The notes under the pieces: model-generated
Told to the model about the DNA's origin: nothing
Seen by the model: only the letters and a program-made list of their open reading frames with translations
Database searches by the model: none
Made by a program: the position numbers and the translations under genes
Origin: a virus
Strand: one strand, 5' to 3'
Virus record (IMG/VR): IMGVR_UViG_3300035138_000114
DNA: 64,000 nt
In this document: positions 38,890 to 48,136 of the stretch, one piece after another
Layout: every line of letters starts with the position of its first letter
How positions within the stretch are numbered: the first letter of the stretch is position 1

Positions 38890-39515
38890 AATGTTTTATT
38901 CCTTTCTTTCGCTTTACTTTCAGTCTCTTTCAGAGATTTCTTTCTTTTGCGTAAACGGTGTAACCCGCTGTCCTCGATACGTCTTACCCATTCACGGCAA
39001 ACTGAAAAAATCCGGCTTATTTGTTCTAACGTGTAGCCTTTATCCTCTCCAAATGAAGACAAAAGCCGATACCGGGCTAAAAGGCAATAAATCTCTCTGT
39101 TAACTCCGGGAGTTTTTTGCCAGTATTGACAAGTCCGGTAAGGACACTGTTCTTTCCGAAATTCGGCATGGATTTTCTCAATGGGTAATAATAAAATTTC
39201 ATCTCTCACCGCCCGTGAACACTTGTAAATAATAGAAACCCATGTCCGGTTTTCCCGTTTCATCAAAGGTTCTTTCTGTCCGAAGTTCAGAGCAAAAAGA
39301 TCAACATAAAGCACATTGAAAGAAGTATCTAAAGTAATAGGAAGTTTCCCTAGTCTAAACGGATTATATTGATCTTTGGATAATTCAATCGTGTCTTGTG
39401 TTGTATAGTCAATGATTATGTAATTTTGGAAGCTCAAATGTGTCCGTGTCGGGAGAGAACATATTTCTTGGTTTCTATTAAGAATCATTTTAAAGAAGTA
39501 TCCAAAGTCTTTCAA
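38886..39515 (-). CDS. sigma70 region-4-like HTH protein with Cys motif
   Basis: YTLEQIS.IFSVCREWVRRIE..GL.RLR; CPYRTC..W...C; start may be ATG at 39488. Confidence 0.7.
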   Translation of the reverse strand: MKDFGYFFKMILNRNQEICSLPTRTHLSFQNYIIIDYTTQDTIELSKDQYNPFRLGKLPITLDTSFNVLYVDLFALNFGQKEPLMKRENRTWVSIIYKCSRAVRDEILLLPIEKIHAEFRKEQCPYRTCQYWQKTPGVNREIYCLLARYRLLSSFGEDKGYTLEQISRIFSVCREWVRRIEDSGLHRLRKRKKSLKETESKAKERNKTL

Positions 39516-40128
39516 TCCCTTTCAGAGATTTATTAGCTTTTCTACATGGAAATAAACCGGGAACGCCTAACAGACCAATATCTTTCAATCCCTTTCAGAG
39601 ATTTATTAGCTTTTCTACGCACGTTAAGGAGAAAATTATGAACCAATTACTTCAACCTTTCAATCCCTTTCAGAGATTTATTAGCTTTTCTACCAAATCT
39701 ATAATCTGGAATCTGCTATCTATCAGCGGCTTTCAATCCCTTTCAGAGATTTATTAGCTTTTCTACTTGGGCGTCCTGGCGAGGGCGCCTTTTTTATGCC
39801 CCCTTTCAATCCCTTTCAGAGATTTATTAGCTTTTCTACGCGATTGTTGACGGGCAAACAGGGGATATTCTGGTACTTTCAATCCCTTTCAGAGATTTAT
39901 TAGCTTTTCTACTCAATGACGGGCTATTCCCGTCAACGGTATGGGACTTTCAATCCCTTTCAGAGATTTATTAGCTTTTCTACTCAACCGGGCTTCCTGG
40001 ACAGTTAACGAATCCCGGTCCTTTCAATCCCTTTCAGAGATTTATTAGCTTTTCTACAGCATTACAAGCAGAATTTGCCGGGTATGAGAAGCTTTCAATC
40101 CCTTTCAGAGATTTATTAGCTTTTCTAC
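39509..40128 (-). CRISPR. CRISPR array: 9 identical 37-bp repeats, 8 spacers of 34-38 bp
   Basis: Repeat on - strand GTAGAAAAGCTAATAAATCTCTGAAAGGGATTGAAAG; + strand starts 39509, 39582, 39657, 39730, 39803, 39876, 39947, 40021, 40092; orientation inferred from the ATTGAAAG 3' end. Confidence 0.98.
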
Positions 40129-40335
40129 TGCTTGTTTCTATCTGCCCGGTATCACGTAAGTCAATTTCCTGTTTCCGAGCACCTGGCACAAATCTCTAAA
40201 AATGCTGTCAAAGAACTATAAATTTTGTCTTTTTAAGGGTACAAATGCCTTATATATAGTCTCCGAGCAATCATTTTGTCTTAGCCATGTTTGTAGGCAG
40301 ATACAGAATGTTGCTTTGTCAGCATCCCCTGCTCG

Positions 40336-40436
40336 GCAATCTCTGAAAGCGTTCGGAGGAAGGGAAAACCCTCCCACACTGGACGTGAAATACGCCACAT
40401 AGCCGGTCAGTATCATACTTTCCGGGTACTTGTAAT
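40336..40436 (-). ncRNA. tracrRNA (copy B)
   Basis: Anti-repeat CTTTCAGAGATT (40338-40349) complementary to repeat AATCTCTGAAAG; promoter TTGACA(40465-40470)-18 nt-TAATAT(40441-40446). Confidence 0.8.
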
Positions 40437-40466
40437 TCCCATATTACTTGTATGAAATATCCGTTG

Positions 40467-42302
40467 TCAAGAAATTTCTGATAATTTTATTATTTTAGGT
40501 GAGCGTAAACAAGCAAGGAATTGGCTACGATCCCCTTGCCAATTTCCGCTTTTTACGGCGATATTAGCGGCTCCGTTACAATCGGCGTTAACATGAGTCC
40601 CGTTATTTGTCTGGTATAGTCCTCGTTTCCTGCGTTTTTTTAATGATTTGGAAAATGTATGGAGTTCGTTGCTTCCATCATACGTAGGAATCTCCATATA
40701 ATCCAAAAAAGAACATAAAGATGTGAAACTTTCTTCATGTTCAATATAAGCTATTCCTTCCGGCTCGCAGGCATATTTTAGATAATTCCGTAACTGTAAA
40801 AACGGGATTTGCACAAAATTTTGAGTATTCCGTTTCCCTATATTTACACCTTGTTTCCATCCGACGTTCACCCCAACAACAACCGTATTGATGTGATGCT
40901 TAACGCAGTAATCTACAATATATCTGGCAACCTGTTGCATGATATATTCAATTTTGGCATTCCGGCGACGGGTGATTCGGTAAAGCTGCCGTGACTGTGG
41001 AAATTTGTGAGATTGAGTCGAAAACGGGACAACCAATTGTTGCCATTGCTTCTGTTCATCTCCTGTTAAATGACATGCTAAAATGAGTTTTTGCGCTGTG
41101 GCAAAAGACTGTCCACAAAGTTGTTTATACCGTAATAATAGGTCATCAGGAAGAACGGTTTGTAAAAGTTGGATACTCTCTTCAGTTACACTATATTTTG
41201 AACGAGGATCTTGATCTGCCATACATTCCCGTAATCGGGCACATTCTTTATTCCAAAACCAATTGATTGATTTGACAGAAGATCCTTTGAATAAAAACGC
41301 GAATGGAGTCTCCATGTCCACACAGGCCGCAAGATTATTAACCCCAAGATCAATTCCCATTATCCTTATGCTGTCAGGCGTTGTAGTTGTCGGAACAGAT
41401 GCTTGGTATGTCAATGATACCGAAAACTCTTCACTCCGAAATTTCGGAGTAATTTGAAGTTTCCGAATATCATTAAATTGAAGCCACTCAGGGATCGGGA
41501 TACAAATTGGTGTAAAGCCTTTATCTTTAAGCGTTTTTGAAAGGCTTAGGCGTAATGTTCGGTCATCAACTTTAACGAACCCATTCCCTATTTCGGCGAT
41601 AATTCGTCCGAATGGTGGAGCTTGATCACTTCTATGGTTTTCGCCTAAATAATGCTGGTCTTTTTTATATCCTGGAATTCGTGGAGCATCACGATACTTC
41701 TTCTTTTTTTGCTCTGCCCGAAGCTGTAAGAAAGAAAGGTGGTGCTTCTGCAAATATTTCCAGATACTTTTATCATAATTCCGTATATCTTTAACAGCTT
41801 GATCTACCATATAATGGGCGGTTTTGCTAGATATTTCAAAGTGAACCCGTGTAGACTCCCGGTGTCGAAGCACTTTTGAATCTAACGTATAGGTTGTCAG
41901 AAACCTATCGTAATATTGGCAAGATTCAAAGATTTTCTCTCCATACACGGTCATTTCAGACCGTGATAAACACTCTTTGAGGTGTTCTTCAAACTCTGAA
42001 CGGAATACCTTGCGCTTGGTAATTGGACGCAATTTAGCCCGTATTTCTTCAGGAACCGCCAGTTGTGCGATCTTATTTTTTGACAATGAATATCGGAGTG
42101 TTTCAAACTGCTCTTTACATGGGCATACCAGGCAATCAGGGCAGTCAGGGATTATTGACGGGTTAATATAATGCTGCCGACAACACCATAATGCCGCATT
42201 ATAGATTCTTGCGGCATGGATACAGAGTAGTGTTAAATGTTCCCGGTCTTGTTTCGACAGATTTGTTAAGGCAATTTTAATGGTTCTTGCTGCTAATTCC
42301 AT
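40467..42302 (-). CDS. compact TnpB-derived type V CRISPR effector (Cas12-like, 611 aa)
   Basis: RuvC-I IMGIDLGVNNLA; RuvC-II position VVVGVNVGWKQ; NFVQIPF..L..L.Y; EESFTS; RuvC-III NADCNGAANI; adjacent tracr and array. Confidence 0.85.
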   Translation of the reverse strand: MELAARTIKIALTNLSKQDREHLTLLCIHAARIYNAALWCCRQHYINPSIIPDCPDCLVCPCKEQFETLRYSLSKNKIAQLAVPEEIRAKLRPITKRKVFRSEFEEHLKECLSRSEMTVYGEKIFESCQYYDRFLTTYTLDSKVLRHRESTRVHFEISSKTAHYMVDQAVKDIRNYDKSIWKYLQKHHLSFLQLRAEQKKKKYRDAPRIPGYKKDQHYLGENHRSDQAPPFGRIIAEIGNGFVKVDDRTLRLSLSKTLKDKGFTPICIPIPEWLQFNDIRKLQITPKFRSEEFSVSLTYQASVPTTTTPDSIRIMGIDLGVNNLAACVDMETPFAFLFKGSSVKSINWFWNKECARLRECMADQDPRSKYSVTEESIQLLQTVLPDDLLLRYKQLCGQSFATAQKLILACHLTGDEQKQWQQLVVPFSTQSHKFPQSRQLYRITRRRNAKIEYIMQQVARYIVDYCVKHHINTVVVGVNVGWKQGVNIGKRNTQNFVQIPFLQLRNYLKYACEPEGIAYIEHEESFTSLCSFLDYMEIPTYDGSNELHTFSKSLKKRRKRGLYQTNNGTHVNADCNGAANIAVKSGNWQGDRSQFLACLRSPKIIKLSEIS

Positions 42303-42315
42303 AAAGCTATCTCCT

Positions 42316-42600
42316 TTATAATTTGAAGTACCACTTTCTGATCCGTTTCCAACCCAATATTGGTATTTCTAAAGTTCCGTGACCAATTATCCAAAAAGAC
42401 CAATCCATGTGGCGGGGACAAGGGGTAAGGATACTGTAAAGACCCAGACCAAACCCTAAAATGTAAAGACCCATAAGGAAGACAAAAGACAGGACATAGC
42501 TTAAAGCCACGGGATGAGTTAAGATCAAACGATGTAAAAGATTAGCCACCTTTTTGTCTCCGTATTGTTTTCGGACGAAACGTTCCTGCCGCGATGCCAT
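42316..42600 (-). CDS. small membrane protein
   Basis: Long hydrophobic segment. Confidence 0.4.
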   Translation of the reverse strand: MASRQERFVRKQYGDKKVANLLHRLILTHPVALSYVLSFVFLMGLYILGFGLGLYSILTPCPRHMDWSFWIIGHGTLEIPILGWKRIRKWYFKL

Positions 42601-42736
42601 TTCTTACCCGTGCGGCGGCTTTCGCCTTTGATTCTGTTTTTGAGCGGCCTTCGATCCGCCCGGTTCTCTTATTAACTATAGCCCAGTTCCCTCTTTTCCG
42701 GGATTTAACAGGTCGGTATCTAACTACAACTGGCAT
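42542..42736 (-). CDS. small basic hypothetical protein
   Basis: AAGGA RBS, 64 aa. Confidence 0.45.
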   Translation of the reverse strand: MPVVVRYRPVKSRKRGNWAIVNKRTGRIEGRSKTESKAKAAARVRNGIAAGTFRPKTIRRQKGG

Positions 42737-42771
42737 GATAAAAATGTCCTTCGCAGATTAAAAATTTATAG

Positions 42772-42875
42772 CTCTGGCGCTCAGAATACCCTCCAAAATC
42801 GTTTGAAATTTCTTCCGAATATCTTCATAGGGGTTGGCGTTCCGAGTCCTTAGAATTGAAATCTGGTCGCCATTT
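42772..42875 (+). repeat. R2 dispersed repeat (degenerate)
   Basis: CTCTGGCGCTCAG...CATAGGGGTTGGC...TCCTTAGAATTGAAAT. Confidence 0.45.
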
Positions 42876-42919
42876 TTACGTCTGGACATTACTATACCCG
42901 AAACCTGGGCTTTCGTCTA

Positions 42920-43348
42920 CTAAATACCTAATGTGATTTTGTTAAATTGAGTTTTGACGGCAGCATACGCCTCATTCCAGAACTTATTTTCCCAGTTCAC
43001 GGGTTTTGTTCTTGCTTTCCCTTCTTCTTGATCCCATTGGTATTCCAAAACGCCCAAATTCGTAGGCGATCCTCGTTTTACATGAAAGATCACCACACAA
43101 GAGTCAAGCTCTGTACCTTGACCTTCTTTCGTATAGCAATCCAGTCCAAAGATTTCTTCTTCAAAATCAAAGCGGCTGACAAGCTCCGTTACCCGGCGAA
43201 ACATCTCATCCGGTTGGCACATAAACGATTGAACCTCAAGCGTTCCGTCCGATTTCTTCAGAATTCCCGGAAACGGGTAACAGCCATTCTCATCCATCAT
43301 TCTTTTAGCCAAACTGACAAACTGTTTTAATACACTAATTTCTCCCAT
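42920..43348 (-). CDS. hypothetical protein
   Basis: AAGGAG RBS, 142 aa. Confidence 0.55.
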   Translation of the reverse strand: MGEISVLKQFVSLAKRMMDENGCYPFPGILKKSDGTLEVQSFMCQPDEMFRRVTELVSRFDFEEEIFGLDCYTKEGQGTELDSCVVIFHVKRGSPTNLGVLEYQWDQEEGKARTKPVNWENKFWNEAYAAVKTQFNKITLGI

Positions 43349-43507
43349 TATTTGCTCCTTTCTTTCGCCGCCTTGAGGCGATTCCGTATGTTTCTTTGGT
43401 GACTTTTTTTCTGATTTCTCGTAATAGTTCCCGGTAAGACTGTTCCTCTCCGATAGATAGTGTTTCAGGCATCTTCTCTCCCATCATTTGGTTGATTTCG
43501 GCAAATC

Positions 43508-44041
43508 CTATGTCCCGATACCATACCGGTTGAGAATCCGCCGAAAAGCCCAACAATGGATTTGGGTCATGTTATGAGAAAGAGGGGCTTCCGCTGAGGC
43601 GGTTAAACAACACGCTAACGCCTCTGCCTCAGTTCCATATCGGGCGTTTTTCAGATCCAGATTATATTTCTCCTCGAAAATCAGGATCAACCTTTCCCGG
43701 TAAATAGCATCACAGAGCCACGGAATTGATTTTAACGAGTCTGCCCACATCCAGCTATGGGTAACTATCGGAGCCCCAAAATAATTCAATTGCTCCGTGG
43801 TTAACCCGGAAGCAGGCATAAATACGGCAAATAACATTGTTACATATTTAGGCGACATCCCCGCCCGTAACATGGCATCAATTCGTTTATACACGTTCAG
43901 GTCATCAGCGGTCCAATCCCCATTTGGTGGGAAAAGCTCAGAGTGTATCCTAAATTCAGGCGACTCAAAATCTTCTGGCATCGGGGAGTCCTGCAAGACC
44001 TGGGTAGTCAAATCATTAAACATTGTAAGTTGTTCCGCCAT
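43508..44041 (-). CDS. hypothetical protein
   Basis: AAGGAG RBS; starts MAEQLTMF. Confidence 0.55.
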   Translation of the reverse strand: MAEQLTMFNDLTTQVLQDSPMPEDFESPEFRIHSELFPPNGDWTADDLNVYKRIDAMLRAGMSPKYVTMLFAVFMPASGLTTEQLNYFGAPIVTHSWMWADSLKSIPWLCDAIYRERLILIFEEKYNLDLKNARYGTEAEALACCLTASAEAPLSHNMTQIHCWAFRRILNRYGIGT

Positions 44042-44580
44042 GTTTTCACTCCTTATACTCAATACGGTTAACAAAAATTCGGCTATGGGTAAGGGGTTCG
44101 ATAACAAGGCTTTCCATCAGGACTTTCCCTTCGTGTTTGCAAGTCATCCCGCCTTCAATTTCAAGTGTTCCGTCTTTCTTGAGCCTGAGATGAAAAAGAC
44201 ATTCCCCAGTGTCCGATAAAATTGAAAGTCTTTCCATTTCTTGTTTCGGGACATCTTTGCCCGTCCTAATTCCTTCTTGTATGAACATAATTACCTCCCG
44301 TTGTTTGGGATATTACTCCCATCCTTCATCTTGAAAAAAATCACTTTCCCAAAAGATTTCTTTCCAGGCTACAATAGTGCCCACTCCACGGGTTCCTGCT
44401 CTTCCATACGGAGTAATCCAGTGCATTCCATTCCAGCAAGCAATTACGGAAACCCCGTTTTTAAAGAGAGCCTGGACTTGACGGGAATCATCTGGCACAT
44501 GAATTTCGGCATTATATTCTTCTTCTCCCCGCAGTTTGGGTATTTTCCCCCGGGCTTCTTGGCTTACACGTCCCTCCCTG

Positions 44581-45441
44581 TTAACAGTCGGAAGCAATAT
44601 GTTGGTGTTTCCACGCCGCATAATCACCGACTGGAAAGTCTGTTAATCGTTTGAAGTGAACTGCCTCAAGGATATGTTCACTCAGAATCTTTTGACTTTG
44701 GGCTAAATTAGCAATAACCCGTCCGATTTGACAAACTTGTTTGACAACAGTCTCAGAAAGGTCAAAACGTTCTTTAGAAAGTTGTAAGAATTTTCCAGCA
44801 TCCAGATCTAAATCCCCGCCCCTGTAGGAAGCTGTTAACATCCCGTCAATACGTTTTAACATGTCTTGGTGATCTTTTAATCGGAATTCCCGCATAGCGG
44901 CGGTAAACCTGTTTTCTGCCGTGTTCTGAGGAGATAATCCGCCAACTTCGACCATAAGATGGAACGCTTCCTGATTTTTCCAGAAGTCTTTCCGGGCGAA
45001 TTTTTGAGAAATGACCACTGCCGGTAATTCGTATAAATGGGCATATTGCGCCAGAAGCCACGCATAAGTATGGAGTTCTGTAGGAACCAATAAAAGTGAA
45101 AGTTTTCCAGCAACGGCGACTTCGACTGCCCGTTTTCCGGCATAAGTCCCGACAATATTCAACCAAACCGCCGTCTTCAGGTCATCAAACTCTATAGGTT
45201 GAAACATTAACGGTTGAATTCCCAAAACATCGGCAGGATCAGCCATATGGTGGTCTTGCATATAGACCCTTGCCTTTGAATATGTCGGTTCTTCATAACA
45301 AAGAGATTGAGGGAAACTATCTTTATCATAGCAGTATCCCCGCCAGATATGAGAATTCGTGAACTCCGGATCAATTTCTTCCCGGAGCAAAAAGTGGGCA
45401 CTCATAAGCATACCTCCATTTAGCTTTTTAAGGGCTTCCAC
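44581..45441 (-). CDS. ComM/YifB (Mg-chelatase-related AAA+) derived protein, degenerate
   Basis: IVG...GKRAVEVA.AG...LLL; L.RID; LS.....I.RVIA.L..S..I...HI.EA..F; no intact Walker A. Confidence 0.6.
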   Translation of the reverse strand: MEALKKLNGGMLMSAHFLLREEIDPEFTNSHIWRGYCYDKDSFPQSLCYEEPTYSKARVYMQDHHMADPADVLGIQPLMFQPIEFDDLKTAVWLNIVGTYAGKRAVEVAVAGKLSLLLVPTELHTYAWLLAQYAHLYELPAVVISQKFARKDFWKNQEAFHLMVEVGGLSPQNTAENRFTAAMREFRLKDHQDMLKRIDGMLTASYRGGDLDLDAGKFLQLSKERFDLSETVVKQVCQIGRVIANLAQSQKILSEHILEAVHFKRLTDFPVGDYAAWKHQHIASDC

Positions 45442-46883
45442 TGTTTTGTTTCGACTAACAAAAGTTCCGCTTTAAATAAGTCCGGATCTTCTTCTCCGTC
45501 CCACAAAACAAGAGCCCACCATCTATCCTTGACGAAAAAATTCCCGAAATATTCTCCTTCTGCATCCGCTTTATCAGTATTTGGTTTCCCTTTGCAGCGG
45601 AGCGTTTCATCGGATTCAAAGTCAAAATCTATTGGTAACGGCATTGTTATCCTCCTGATGGTCTTTTTCGGAATTGGCTGCGTTCCAAAAGTCAACCATC
45701 TCCTGTTCATGTGGCGGGAAAACTCGGATCTCTACACAAAGCTTATCGCATAGGTGGTAAATTTTTCGGATGTCTATGTCATGCGGCTGTCCGATCGCGG
45801 GTTTTCTCCCACAATGTTTACAGGGTAATAGGTTATACTTCATGTTCCTCTAAATATCTGGATACTACGGGATTCATGGGGTTTTCATCCACATAAGGTG
45901 AACCAGGTAGTCCGTACCTCTCCCGTAACATCCGGTATTCATGTTCAAAGTCCTGTAATGATTGAATGGTTGTCGGAATAAAACGAATTTGCCCGCCCCC
46001 CACTCTTGAGAAAAGGATCATAATCGTATTCCCGGAACGCGGGCTAACATCTAACCCAATCCCGGATTGTCTCAAGACAAGTTCCTCAAGACGGGCGATC
46101 CTGGCTTCAAAATCGTTTTCAACTTCAATTCGACATCGCCTTCCGTTGTCAACTTCTACCTTCCAATGGGGTAACCACCAGACCTCTTTTAAGACTCTTC
46201 TGATATACCAGAAGACACACCGGAGCGTTATTCTTCCTCTCCAATTTGTTGTTTCCTGTTTCATGAAATTCGGCGCAAGGAGACCCGGTTTTTTAAAGCC
46301 GAGTAGTTTACGGTGTATTGATAAAGTAAACCCAATCTTGAGAGATGTTCCACGTCTTTTGTATTTTGAACAGTCTCAAGAAGTAAAGCCGACTTGACTT
46401 TTCACAAACGACATAAAAAGTCCCGTTATTCTCCCAAAAATAAAGGAGATTGTATTCAGCCTCAGAAGAAAACCACTCGTTTAAAACTGCCCAGGGCTCT
46501 TCAGGCATCCCGCCACGCGGGGCATCTTCGCAAAACATCCACATTAATAGCCACCTTCCCCTTCATCGTAAATATCGGTCTCCCATTCTCCCGCAACCAG
46601 GAACTCTATAAGCTCTTTTGCCCGGTCTCGGTCAGCCGCATGGACTGAAATCTTGAAATGAAATTCATCCGTCCCTTCTGTATAAGGGAAACCAGAAACT
46701 TCAAAAGTAAACTCATTCATGCCTAACAACGGGTGTCATCATCATGGAAAAGAATGATAATTTCGGTACCATCTTCTTCCTGAATCAATTCCCGCCCAAT
46801 ATTTTCGATTAGAAACGGGTTTAACGGTGAAATCGGGTAACACCCGACAGAAAATACACAAAGCACTGTTAAAAACCATTGTT

Positions 46884-47249
46884 TCATATAGCTCCTCCTC
46901 CTGAGCCAAACGCCCCGGCAGGAAGCTCCCAATGACGGGCAAGCGCCTCGACATAACCTTCTGTAACTTGCCAGTCAAAAAACGGTTTATGAAACTCTTC
47001 TTTCCCGTCTACTGCCTGATGCCATAACCATATTTTGTGAGCAGGGACGCCTAAATCCATAATATGGAGAGTCTGCCCGGTACTGTCTTTTCCCCCGCTT
47101 ATCATATCAATAACCATATCATACTCATCTAACGGGAGAAGCTCCGGGGTCGGATCAGGTTGTATAAAGAAAGAAAGTTGTTCCATTATCCGCTGAAAAT
47201 CTCCCTTAGAATCCCGGCAATTACGCAAACGGCAACTATCACTAAACAA
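46884..47249 (-). pseudogene. PAPS-reductase-family N-terminal fragment
   Basis: SGGKDS PP-loop, LWHQ.VDG, FFDW..TE.Y..A.A; ends early. Confidence 0.6.
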
Positions 47250-47568
47250 ATCATAATGCCTTTTGTTATCATTCTATTTACCCGGTATATGGTCTACAAA
47301 CGGTATATTCATACGTGTTCTCGTCTGTTTTGACAAATTTATAATAAGAATCTAACCCGAAGGGGAATTGGCTTGCCCCATTATAGCGTCCATTTGGGGC
47401 TTCGTGTTTTGCTGGATACAAAAATGTTACACAGAACCGCTTGACATCCTTTTCTGGAAGGTCACTAACAATTTTGTATCGGTAAATGGAGTCGGTATAT
47501 TTCCGTATTTGCCCGTAATGTAAGACTTCCCATTCTATTTTATGCTGTTTATTCATAACTCTCCTTTT

Positions 47569-47644
47569 TGGAGATTGGGGCGGGATTTGAACCCGCGATA
47601 AGGGATTTGCAGTCCCCTGCCTTAAGCCACTTGGCGACCCAATC
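47569..47644 (-). tRNA. tRNA-Cys(GCA)
   Basis: GATTGGG/CCCAATC acceptor stem, U discriminator, encoded CCA, anticodon loop CT-GCA-AA, GGTTCAAATCC T-arm. Confidence 0.93.
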
Positions 47645-48136
47645 TTAGTTTGCAAGAACACATTCCGTATCCGTGACCTGCCAGCGGGCATCATGCCAGC
47701 CGACATTTTCTGGTTTCATATCCAACGTAGGCAACCCTTCAGCCTCTATCTGGACAATAAGCTTTTCTAATTGAAGCAATCTAATTTCTCCTATCCGTTC
47801 CGCATACGGGAACACATCAAAAATAAAATCATTTCGGTAAAACGGCCCAAATAACGGCTGTAATACATGCTCAGATTCAGGAATTTCCCACCCGACATAA
47901 TCATATTCTCTGAACTTTAAGGTAGCAGGTGTCCCGTCATTTAATCGAATAGAGAACGTAATGGTTTGATGTCCCATGCCTTCATATTCTCCAAGCCGTC
48001 CCCCGAATTCCTCTAATACATCACCGATTATTCCGCCTAACGCCCAAAAACGGTCAGGATCACGACCTAACTGTCCTTGCCACGTCTCTTCATGGCAGTC
48101 TAATAAATCCATCTGTAGGTCATGTAACGTTCCCAT
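47645..48136 (-). CDS. minimal protein-kinase-like fold protein
   Basis: G.G...TF, ATLKF, DMKPEN catalytic-loop-like motif, W.VTD. Confidence 0.45.
   Translation of the reverse strand: MGTLHDLQMDLLDCHEETWQGQLGRDPDRFWALGGIIGDVLEEFGGRLGEYEGMGHQTITFSIRLNDGTPATLKFREYDYVGWEIPESEHVLQPLFGPFYRNDFIFDVFPYAERIGEIRLLQLEKLIVQIEAEGLPTLDMKPENVGWHDARWQVTDTECVLAN

Noticed and set aside
40202-40416. 66-aa ORFs on both strands between the array and the effector
   Set aside because: They overlap the tracrRNA and leader, with no RBS or recognisable motif.
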